Positions 10,018 through 17,751 of a stretch of 20,000 nt of DNA are shown piece after piece. Every line of letters begins with the position of its first letter. Position 1 is the first letter of the stretch. Made by a program: the position numbers and the translations under genes. The DNA comes from an uncultured virus (IMG/VR IMGVR_UViG_3300042905_004424) (lineage: Duplodnaviria > Heunggongvirae > Uroviricota > Caudoviricetes), in the IMG/VR virus record IMGVR_UViG_3300042905_004424; one strand, 5' to 3'. The notes beneath the pieces are model-generated. The model saw only the letters and a program-made list of their open reading frames with translations, made no database searches and had not been told where the DNA came from.

Positions 10018-10025
10018 CAAATATA
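10018..10025 (-). promoter_or_regulatory. Bacteroidota sigmaA-type -7 promoter element (TATATTTG) for uvrC
   Basis: The minus strand reads TATATTTG-tatt-GTG. Confidence 0.65.
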
Positions 10026-10067
10026 GTAATTTTTTATGGTAATTTTAAGTAAAAATTTATTAATCAA

Positions 10068-10074
10068 TATTTAT
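10068..10074 (+). promoter_or_regulatory. TATTTAT motif, putative late promoter element
   Basis: 18 nt before ATG 10093. Confidence 0.45.
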
Positions 10075-10092
10075 TATTAATAAAATAGAATA

Positions 10093-10884
10093 ATGGATGT
10101 AAATAGATTTAAAATATTGTTAGAATCTAAGTTAGGTAATATTAAAACATTAATATCTGAAGAAAAAAATGATGAAATAATCAAAATTCAAACAGATTTA
10201 GTTAATAAAGGTTATAATATTGGATTGTCTGGACCAAATAACGATGGTATTGATGGTGTTATGGGACCAAAAACAAAATTGGCATATAAAAAAGAATTTG
10301 GCAAATCATATGGTGATGAGGTAACAAATAAATTAAATAATGACGAGTTAATAGGTAAAACGTCTATTAATGATTATGGTGAAATATTGTTTTCTAAAAA
10401 TAAAACAGCCCCATTACTTATGGTTTATGGTGGAATAAATGTTGGTGGAAAAAAAAGTGGGGTATATATGTGGGATTATGTTAATAAATTAAAAGATAAA
10501 TATACTATATTTGTTGCTAATGACCATAAGGTAAGTGGTCTTAATTCATATAAAAAAGTTTTAGAGTCTTTAAAGGAAAATAATATTACACCATCTTCTA
10601 AAATACTTTATTTATTTTCTGGTGGATATAAACCTGGAAAAGAATTACTAAATTCTAACTCAGGTGATTTTAGTGAAATTTTACTTGTGGACATTTGGAT
10701 GGGTGGGTCAGTAGGTAATTTTTATAAGAAATTTGTTAAAGACAATAGTTCAAAAGTTAAATATTATTATACCTCATTTGGATCTCAAAACGATGACGCT
10801 AAAAATTTTATATCCAAAATTGTTTCAAGTGTAAAAAATAGTAATCACATGGAAACAAATACTGATGCGGTTAACAATTTATAA
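10093..10884 (+). CDS. Peptidoglycan-binding domain (PG_binding_1-like) fused to putative alpha/beta-hydrolase-like domain
   Basis: IIKIQTDLVNKGY...DGIDGVMGPKTKLAY is a typical PG-binding motif. Downstream are LMVYGG, LYLFSGGY (nucleophile-elbow-like), ILLVD and C-terminal NHM. Confidence 0.7.
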   Translation: MDVNRFKILLESKLGNIKTLISEEKNDEIIKIQTDLVNKGYNIGLSGPNNDGIDGVMGPKTKLAYKKEFGKSYGDEVTNKLNNDELIGKTSINDYGEILFSKNKTAPLLMVYGGINVGGKKSGVYMWDYVNKLKDKYTIFVANDHKVSGLNSYKKVLESLKENNITPSSKILYLFSGGYKPGKELLNSNSGDFSEILLVDIWMGGSVGNFYKKFVKDNSSKVKYYYTSFGSQNDDAKNFISKIVSSVKNSNHMETNTDAVNNL

Positions 10885-10891
10885 TAATTAA

Positions 10892-11242
10892 TTACATATT
10901 TTTTAAAATCACTTCTAAAGTATAGATGGACTCACGATCTTGTTTAGTTTTAAATTCTTTAGATTTAAGATAGTTTAAACTATCAACTAATTCATCTCTC
11001 TTTGATTTAGGTTTTGTTATTACTTGGACATCCTCATAATCATCATAATCATTGTCATTATCGTCAACTAAATCTTTCATCCACGAACTAACATCTAAAT
11101 CGGCGGTTTTTAATTCGTCGTATAACCAATAATTATTATCTTCAGATTTAGAAGTTATTACATTAGTTATTTCGATGTTCTCATCTTCTGGTTTAAGATC
11201 AAAGAACTCATAAACTCGGTCATTAATTTTTTTCATTATCAT
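10892..11242 (-). CDS. Hypothetical acidic protein (~116 aa)
   Basis: Start reassigned to ATG 11242 (MIMKKIND), 4 nt after TATATTTG; Asp-rich centre. Confidence 0.75.
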   Translation of the reverse strand: MIMKKINDRVYEFFDLKPEDENIEITNVITSKSEDNNYWLYDELKTADLDVSSWMKDLVDDNDNDYDDYEDVQVITKPKSKRDELVDSLNYLKSKEFKTKQDRESIYTLEVILKNM

Positions 11243-11246
11243 GTTA

Positions 11247-11254
11247 CAAATATA
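11247..11254 (-). promoter_or_regulatory. Bacteroidota sigmaA-type -7 promoter element (TATATTTG)
   Basis: The minus strand reads TATATTTG-taac-ATG. Confidence 0.65.
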
Positions 11255-11300
11255 CAAATATTTTTTAAATCAACTATTATTTATTTAATTTTTTTTAAAG

Positions 11301-11307
11301 TATTTAT
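11301..11307 (+). promoter_or_regulatory. TATTTAT motif, putative late promoter element
   Basis: 5 nt before ATG 11313. Confidence 0.5.
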
Positions 11308-11312
11308 ATAAT

Positions 11313-14129
11313 ATGAAAGATCTTGTAATACAAATATTAACAGAAGAATCAAAAAAATTAATTTTTGAGTCTGGTATTAGAAACATAAAAGAATTATCTA
11401 AACGATATCCTAAGGCAAAAATATATTTTCATCAGGATTTGGATGGAGTGACAACTGCTTTAGGTATGAAAAACTACTTAGAACAAAATGGAATTAAAGT
11501 GGTTGACTCTGAAATTATCCAATATGGTGATAAGGAATTTGCAATTAAAAAATTAGACGCCGAAGGTGATGTTATGCCGGTGTTAGTTGACTTTGCTCAC
11601 GGTAAACCAATGTTTGTTATACATACTGACCATCACGATACGCAAGCTGGTGTAGAACAAGGAACATCAACCAATTTTAAAGCGTCAAGATCAAACGTTG
11701 AGACAATATCTCAAACCGTATCACCAAACGACATTTTTCCATCAGACGATATAACTTTAATTTCTACTGTTGATTCAGCAAACTACGCACAATACGATAT
11801 AACACCCGAAGAGGTAATGAATTATTTGTTTAAGGTAGATAAAGATCAATCATTACAAAAAAACAAAATGGTTATGGGAATGGTAACCAATAAATTATTA
11901 TTAGCATTTAAAAACAAACCAAAATTTTTAGAAAATATCGTAATGAATGCAAATCCATCACTATTAAGTATTTTAATGTATATTAAATCTCAAATTAAAG
12001 ATAGTGGATATGCTGATGTGGACACATTAGAAAAAAATAAAGAGATGTATGTCCAATCAATGAAGATAAATAAGAATGTTAAAGTTGATGATGGGATAAT
12101 AGTTCAATATGGTGGAGGTAGTATGATGAAACCAGGATCATATGATAGATACACACCATTCAGAAATAATCCTGACGCTGACTTCTTGGTGATTGCTTGG
12201 CCCTTAGGGTTGGTACAAGCGTCTTGTAATCCATTTAAGAAAGAAAGAGCACTTAAAGGTGTGAACTTAGGTGAAATTAAAGATGAGGTCTTAAACAAGT
12301 GGAAATCACAATTACAAAATAAAGACATTCCTTTGTCCACAATTAAATGGATATCTGAATCAGGAAAAAGTTTTAATGAAGAATCTGTTGGTTTTACATT
12401 TAAAGACTTTAATGCTTTGTATGGAAAAGAATTTAAAAGAATGGATAATGGTGAAAAAATATTAAATGATATTGATGTTGTAATGAAAAAACCATTTAGT
12501 GAATTGACACAAAACGAAATGAAAATGTTGGACTCAATTAGTGTAAACGCTTGGGATTTAATTAAATCAAATAGTGGTGGACATAAATGTATTACCAATA
12601 TTTCAGGATTGTCTTATTTAGGTAGATCTAAACGACCACCTGAAGGTAAATATAAATATAATTCTGAATCTGATGACTCTCCATATGTTAAATTTACTAA
12701 AATGATACAAAATGAATTTGCAAGAATTCTTAAAGAAAAAATTAAAGAAACTAATAATGTTAATGAAAATTACAACTTAATTAGAAAAAAAGATTTAATT
12801 CCAAATCAGATTAATTACAAAAATATAAAAAAAATGTTAATAAAAGAAGAAACATTTGGGGCTACTTGGAAATCACCAATACCAGGAGATGCTGATTTAC
12901 TTCATGCGTTTGAAAGACGAAAATCTGACAAACAAGGGGCTCTTATTGGAACCCAAATTGAGGAGAAACTAAAAAAACTTTATGATGATGGAATTAACCC
13001 TGACATAACTGATTTAAAGTTAAATGTAGATTCTAAAAACTCTACGGTAACGTGGAGCGCAACTATTGGTCCTAGTACTGATGGTAAAGCATACATGGGA
13101 ATTTCAACAAGAGGATCTACTGGTGGTAGTTCAGAAAAACGAGCTTTAGATCAAGTAGGTCCTTTAAAACAACAATTAAGTTCAAAAGGATATCAAGACA
13201 TAACACCAATCACTTTTGACGGAAAAGACCATTTTGTAAATCCATCTGGTAATAAAATTCACCAATACTTTTTCAAATATACAGACCCAAATAAATATCC
13301 ACCTCACCCAACTAAAGATGGTTTAAATGTTGATAACACTAATACATCTTTAACAACAAACTCATCAGAAAATGATTTATTTGGTATAAAAGGTATTTTA
13401 TCCAAAATTAAAGAAAAATTATTCAAAAACAAAACAAACACAAAAAGTAGTGATACAACAAGCAATAATACAACAAGTGGTGACACAACAAGTAATAATA
13501 CAACCACCACAGATTCCGATTTTAAAACAATAACAAAAAAAGTAATTGCAAATTTTGAAGGAGGATATTGGAATCCATTTTGCCCGCACCCAACTAGCCG
13601 TATGGGTAAATCAACTGAGACTATGTTTGGTTTGGATAGGTATAATGGTAATATTGAAAGCACTGATAAAGGAAAAGAATTTTTTAAGATTATAGACGAT
13701 GAAAAAATCGCAGCTGGAGCCACATCTAGTGGTGAAGGTAAAAACATGAAATGGACAAACATGGGTAACTTTTGTAAAAAATGGAAATGGTTATATAGAG
13801 GTGGAGATAAAAAAGAAAAATTAGAAGATCTTGCAACTGAAATTATGGAAAAATACTTTAATAAAAACATGAGTAGTTATATTAAAGACTCTAAGACCAA
13901 AGAAAAAATTATGGGAAATAAAGGATTATTAGTGCATATGTCATACGCAAGTTGGAATGGTCCCGGATTCTTTCAAAAATTCGGAAGAAAATTAGAAGCC
14001 GCGGTAAAAGACGGAAAATCCGACAAAGAATTAATTGATGTTGCCTGTCAATCAAGATTAGACACTGGATTAAACCAAAGTAAAGTAATAGAGGCCATTA
14101 AAAATCCTGATGGGATGAAAACGGCTTAA
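11313..14129 (+). CDS. Multidomain protein (938 aa): DHH-family phosphoesterase + unknown domain + S/T/N linker + GH108-like lysozyme domain
   Basis: DHH motifs: FHQDLDG, VLVDF, HTDHH, STVDSA, SGGH. The C-terminal VIANFEGGYWN...TETMFGLD...ASWNGPG resembles GH108 (EGGY...T..GI). N-terminal leader MKDLVIQILTEE; internal MLIKEE. Confidence 0.8.
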   Translation: MKDLVIQILTEESKKLIFESGIRNIKELSKRYPKAKIYFHQDLDGVTTALGMKNYLEQNGIKVVDSEIIQYGDKEFAIKKLDAEGDVMPVLVDFAHGKPMFVIHTDHHDTQAGVEQGTSTNFKASRSNVETISQTVSPNDIFPSDDITLISTVDSANYAQYDITPEEVMNYLFKVDKDQSLQKNKMVMGMVTNKLLLAFKNKPKFLENIVMNANPSLLSILMYIKSQIKDSGYADVDTLEKNKEMYVQSMKINKNVKVDDGIIVQYGGGSMMKPGSYDRYTPFRNNPDADFLVIAWPLGLVQASCNPFKKERALKGVNLGEIKDEVLNKWKSQLQNKDIPLSTIKWISESGKSFNEESVGFTFKDFNALYGKEFKRMDNGEKILNDIDVVMKKPFSELTQNEMKMLDSISVNAWDLIKSNSGGHKCITNISGLSYLGRSKRPPEGKYKYNSESDDSPYVKFTKMIQNEFARILKEKIKETNNVNENYNLIRKKDLIPNQINYKNIKKMLIKEETFGATWKSPIPGDADLLHAFERRKSDKQGALIGTQIEEKLKKLYDDGINPDITDLKLNVDSKNSTVTWSATIGPSTDGKAYMGISTRGSTGGSSEKRALDQVGPLKQQLSSKGYQDITPITFDGKDHFVNPSGNKIHQYFFKYTDPNKYPPHPTKDGLNVDNTNTSLTTNSSENDLFGIKGILSKIKEKLFKNKTNTKSSDTTSNNTTSGDTTSNNTTTTDSDFKTITKKVIANFEGGYWNPFCPHPTSRMGKSTETMFGLDRYNGNIESTDKGKEFFKIIDDEKIAAGATSSGEGKNMKWTNMGNFCKKWKWLYRGGDKKEKLEDLATEIMEKYFNKNMSSYIKDSKTKEKIMGNKGLLVHMSYASWNGPGFFQKFGRKLEAAVKDGKSDKELIDVACQSRLDTGLNQSKVIEAIKNPDGMKTA

Positions 14130-14225
14130 ATAACATATTGTGGTTTTTTATGTTACCAAAAAGTTAAGTTTGATTTTAAAATTATGTTTAAGTAAATTTA
14201 TAACTATCTATTATTAAAAAGAATT

Positions 14226-14351
14226 GTGGTTTTAATTTTATTAGTAGTGTTGTCTTTAGTTTTAATAATTTTAAAAGATCGTAAAGATTATTTTAAGTAT
14301 AAAAAAAAATATGGAGTTATCAAATCTTGTAACGATTGTAATACCTTGTAA
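14226..14351 (+). CDS. Putative small membrane protein (41 aa), not in ORF track
   Basis: GTG start, 16-residue hydrophobic stretch (VVLILLVVLSLVLIIL), then a Lys-rich segment; overlaps the GT2 start. Confidence 0.4.
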   Translation: MVLILLVVLSLVLIILKDRKDYFKYKKKYGVIKSCNDCNTL

Positions 14352-15033
14352 AAACGAAAAGGATATTATATTAAAAACGTTGGACCTATTAAACTATCAA
14401 GTTGATATACATAACGTAAAAGTTGTTGTATGTGACGCATCAAATGATGGGATAACAAAATTAGATCTAATTACAAGGTTAGAGTATGTGAATAGAACCG
14501 ACCTGTTTGTCTTACGAGTAATGGATGGTGGACTTCCAGCAATAGCAAGAAACAACGGATTCAAACTTGTTACAACACCATATGTGTTGTTTATGGATGC
14601 TGATGTATTCTTATTAGACCCAAAGGTATTAATAAGATCGGTAATAAAGATAAAAAAACACAATTTAGATCTAGTAACAACAAAGTTTCGTTCTGATAAT
14701 GGGAATTATAATTACGTGTATAAGGTATTTGATTTAATACAGACACTCTCCAAGTGGTCAACACCATTCTGCCTTGGTGGATATATGTTAGTTCGTTCAG
14801 AAACGTTTAAGTCAATCGGAGGTTTTGATGAAGAGATTAAAGTTGCTGAAGATTATATGCTTTCAAAACAAATTAAACCAAAGAAATTCGGAAGAATAAA
14901 CAATATTGTATATACACCACCAAGAAGATTTGAAAACAAAGGTGTGATGTATATGTTAAGACTTATGTTATCATCATTTTTCAACAAAAATAACAAAGAA
15001 TACTTTACAAACGACAAAGGTTATTGGAAATGA
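14311..15033 (+). CDS. Glycosyltransferase family 2
   Basis: VTIVIPCKNE, VVVCDASNDG, PAIARNNG, VLFMDAD (DxD), GGFDEEIKVAED, PRRF. Confidence 0.92.
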   Translation: MELSNLVTIVIPCKNEKDIILKTLDLLNYQVDIHNVKVVVCDASNDGITKLDLITRLEYVNRTDLFVLRVMDGGLPAIARNNGFKLVTTPYVLFMDADVFLLDPKVLIRSVIKIKKHNLDLVTTKFRSDNGNYNYVYKVFDLIQTLSKWSTPFCLGGYMLVRSETFKSIGGFDEEIKVAEDYMLSKQIKPKKFGRINNIVYTPPRRFENKGVMYMLRLMLSSFFNKNNKEYFTNDKGYWK

Positions 15034-15743
15034 AAAAGTGGAGAACAATTATAATGAGTGATTTACATTTAGGCGCCAGACAATCACAAACAAATAAGAT
15101 ATTAAGATTCTTAGAAGAGAATGAATCTGAAACACTAATATTAAATGGTGACATTATTGATGGATGGGCATTAAAGGGTGGTGGTAAATGGAAAAAAGAT
15201 TGTTCAAAGATATTCAGACGGTTTATGAAACGATCAGAAGATGGAACAAAGGTAGTATATATTAGAGGAAATCACGATGACTTTTTAAAACCATTTGTTC
15301 CGTTCTTATTAAACAACATAGAGATTGTTAGAAAATACACACACATCGGAGCGGACGGAAGAAGTTACTATTGTTTTCATGGAGACGTATTGGACTTTGT
15401 TATTATGAAAGTAAGATGGTTGGCAGTTCTTGGTGGATGGTCATATGATTTGGTGATAAGATTAAATACATTTTATAACTACATAAGAAGAAAGTTTAAC
15501 TTACCATACCATTCATTGGCAAATGATATTAAACAATCTGTAAAGGGGGCAATCAACTTTGTGTCTGATTTTGAGGAAAACGCAAAAGGTTTATCAAAAC
15601 AAAAAGGATTTGATGTTGCGGTATGTGGACACATTCACCAACCTAAGTTAGATGTGGATTATATGAATTCAGGAGACTTCTGTGAGAACTCCACATGTCT
15701 TGTGGAGGATTTTAAAGGTAAGTGGCAAATAATGTATATGTGA
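15030..15743 (+). CDS. Calcineurin-like metallophosphoesterase, UDP-2,3-diacylglucosamine hydrolase (LpxH)-like family
   Basis: SDLHLG, LNGDIIDGW, RGNHDD, FHGD, CGHIH, YMNSGD; ATG 15030 overlaps the GT2 stop (ATGA). Confidence 0.88.
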   Translation: MKKWRTIIMSDLHLGARQSQTNKILRFLEENESETLILNGDIIDGWALKGGGKWKKDCSKIFRRFMKRSEDGTKVVYIRGNHDDFLKPFVPFLLNNIEIVRKYTHIGADGRSYYCFHGDVLDFVIMKVRWLAVLGGWSYDLVIRLNTFYNYIRRKFNLPYHSLANDIKQSVKGAINFVSDFEENAKGLSKQKGFDVAVCGHIHQPKLDVDYMNSGDFCENSTCLVEDFKGKWQIMYM

Positions 15744-15747
15744 ATAC

Positions 15748-15754
15748 TATTTAT
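15748..15754 (+). promoter_or_regulatory. TATTTAT motif, putative late promoter element
   Basis: 4 nt before ATG 15759. Confidence 0.5.
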
Positions 15755-15758
15755 CATT

Positions 15759-16235
15759 ATGAACCTACAAGAATCTATAAGAAGAATATTAAGAGAAGAA
15801 TTTAATGAAGATAAGAATCTTTATGGTGAGAAATTAAAACCATGTTCAAGAAATCCAATGACAGGGTTTTACAAGGATGGGTATTGTAGAACAGGAAATA
15901 ATGACACAGGAAGTCATACGGTGTGCGCAAAAGTAACAGAAGAGTTTTTAGAGTTTACCAATTCAATGGGGAACAATCTTGATATGTTGGAACCTGGTGA
16001 CAAATGGTGTTTATGTGCAAAAAGATGGGAAGAGGCAAACAAAGAGGGAGTTGCTCCTGAAATGATTAAAAGTTCAACAAACATTAAAACATTAAATATA
16101 ATTGGTGGTATTGAACAAGAACTTGATGAATACGCAAGAACACTTAAAAACGCAAGACAACAGGGGGTTGGGTTAAGATTCCCAAAGTCGGCAATAAAGG
16201 CAAACCCAGCAAGGTTTAGGCCATACAACAGGTAA
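15759..16235 (+). CDS. DUF2237-family protein with N-terminal IRRILREE leader and cationic C-terminal tail
   Basis: NLYGEKLKPCSRNPMTGFYKDGYC.TG..DTGSHTVCA.VTEEFLEF...PGDKWCLCA.RW.EA..EGVAP matches the DUF2237 pattern as recalled. Confidence 0.85.
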   Translation: MNLQESIRRILREEFNEDKNLYGEKLKPCSRNPMTGFYKDGYCRTGNNDTGSHTVCAKVTEEFLEFTNSMGNNLDMLEPGDKWCLCAKRWEEANKEGVAPEMIKSSTNIKTLNIIGGIEQELDEYARTLKNARQQGVGLRFPKSAIKANPARFRPYNR

Positions 16236-16236
16236 T

Positions 16237-16401
16237 ATGAAAAAAATAATAAGATTAACAGAATCAGAACTTATTTCATTAGTTAAAAGAGTAATGAAAG
16301 AAGGTGAACTTACAGAAAAATGTTGGGCAGGATATACTCAAAAAGGTATGAAGACAATGTTTGGTAAGAGATACCCTAACTGTGTTAAGAAGACAAAGTA
16401 A
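16237..16401 (+). CDS. Small protein (54 aa): leader + CWxGY...PNCV cationic peptide; not in ORF track
   Basis: MKKIIRLTESELISLVKRVMKEGELTEKCWAGYTQKGMKTMFGKRYPNCVKKTK*. It fits exactly between its neighbours, with 1-nt gaps on both sides. Confidence 0.85.
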   Translation: MKKIIRLTESELISLVKRVMKEGELTEKCWAGYTQKGMKTMFGKRYPNCVKKTK

Positions 16402-16402
16402 T

Positions 16403-17035
16403 ATGTCATATTTAAATGCAAACCTACCAATAATTAACTGTTTAATTAGAAACGAATTTTTATTTAACCATAAAAAAGGAAATGGTGAATTTACACCATG
16501 TGATGTTCATTCGGTTGCATCGATTCAAGGGAGAACACCTTTATTTGAGGCATTCTTGGAGAACGGAGTAAATTGGACACGAAGACCAATACACGCATTT
16601 GTATGGAAAGAAGATGCGGAAGTATTAGATTTAACTGAACATATATATTGGGATTGTTTTAGTCCTTACATTGACGTAAAAGTTAGGGAGAGACTATCAG
16701 GTTTAAGAGCCGATTTAATATCAATCACTGGAGTTAAAAGAGTGGGAACATATCTATTCACACTTGATTGGTCTCACGAAAATAGAAACAATCTTGATTT
16801 AGGTTTTTCTGAAACACCTGAACACAAATGTGGTCACGTATTCAAAATGGATAATGGTAATTATTTTATTTATCCCAACAACAGGATAATTTGGTTTGAC
16901 AGAGCTTGGACATTTAATAGGATAGATAAGAATCCTGGTTATGAAATAGATTTAAATATATATTCGGTGGAGAATAAAACATATCACACTACAGATTATT
17001 CATACATGACTGAGTTCGCCAAAGATAACGAATAA
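16403..17035 (+). CDS. Conserved phage hypothetical protein (210 aa, MSYLNANLP...)
   Basis: The true start is probably ATG 16403 rather than TTG 16361, which lies inside the 54-aa gene. The motifs YLNAN.P, NG..W.R.PI.AF, WDCFS, YLFTLDW, EHKCGH and NGNY..YPNNRI resemble a widespread phage family of unknown function. Confidence 0.8.
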   Translation: MSYLNANLPIINCLIRNEFLFNHKKGNGEFTPCDVHSVASIQGRTPLFEAFLENGVNWTRRPIHAFVWKEDAEVLDLTEHIYWDCFSPYIDVKVRERLSGLRADLISITGVKRVGTYLFTLDWSHENRNNLDLGFSETPEHKCGHVFKMDNGNYFIYPNNRIIWFDRAWTFNRIDKNPGYEIDLNIYSVENKTYHTTDYSYMTEFAKDNE

Positions 17036-17050
17036 AAGACATTTTAAATC

Positions 17051-17082
17051 AATCTTCACTTAAAATGTGAGGATTTTTTTTT
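17051..17082 (+). terminator. Rho-independent terminator
   Basis: aatcttcac-ttaaaat-gtgaggatt stem (one G-U) followed by a T-run, just downstream of the 17035 stop. Confidence 0.75.
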
Positions 17083-17090
17083 ATCTAAGG

Positions 17091-17097
17091 TATTTAT
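17091..17097 (+). promoter_or_regulatory. TATTTAT motif, putative late promoter heading the leader-bearing gene array
   Basis: Immediately after the terminator, 6 nt before ATG 17104. Confidence 0.55.
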
Positions 17098-17103
17098 AAT
17101 AAT

Positions 17104-17751
17104 ATGAAACACCTAATTAGAAAAATATTAAAAGAGGAGGTAAATAAGAAATACCCAAAACCAACACCAAACGTTGAAAAACTAATATATAATTGGTTAA
17201 ATAACTATTTTTCAGGATCTAAAATGTATCAAACAAAGGACTATGCGTTTAGCTATACTTTTGAATGGTGTAATAATGGTATGGAAATAGCTCAAGCTAT
17301 TATAGATTTTAACCATGATCACGATGCTTGGGATGACAAAAGAAAAACAAGTGAACGAAATTTTGAATCAGGAGAATTTTCAATACCTGAAGATATTATA
17401 GATGATTTAGAAACTGATATACCGGTAAGAAGAAACTATTTAAGATATATTGTAGAAGAATGGTTTGAAGATACATTGTTAGAAAAAATCAAAAGTGCAT
17501 TGGGAAGAAATGATATATCAATAGATGATTTTTCTGAACACCCTAAAAAGTCTCAAGTTTGCGTTCCTCCTGTTTCAAAACCTGAAGGGGTTACAGATGA
17601 TGAAATGATTGATTTTATTGTCAAAAATACTTTATTTAGAAGAGATGAGTTAGAAAAAAGAATTGTAGATGAACGTGAATGGTTGGAAAAATTATATACA
17701 GATAAACTGCGTAGCTCAGAAGTGGATAGAGTAAGAGGAAGTAGATGGTAA
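17104..17751 (+). CDS. Hypothetical acidic protein with MKHLIRKILKEE leader (215 aa)
   Basis: ORF track; carries the shared leader. Confidence 0.85.
   Translation: MKHLIRKILKEEVNKKYPKPTPNVEKLIYNWLNNYFSGSKMYQTKDYAFSYTFEWCNNGMEIAQAIIDFNHDHDAWDDKRKTSERNFESGEFSIPEDIIDDLETDIPVRRNYLRYIVEEWFEDTLLEKIKSALGRNDISIDDFSEHPKKSQVCVPPVSKPEGVTDDEMIDFIVKNTLFRRDELEKRIVDEREWLEKLYTDKLRSSEVDRVRGSRW

Noticed and set aside
10014..10067. ORF-track N-terminal extensions of uvrC (and similarly 11243-11257, 15024-15029, 16361-16402, 17745-17750)
   Set aside because: The extensions run through promoter motifs or upstream genes. The downstream starts fit the promoter spacing, stop/start overlaps or leader alignment better.
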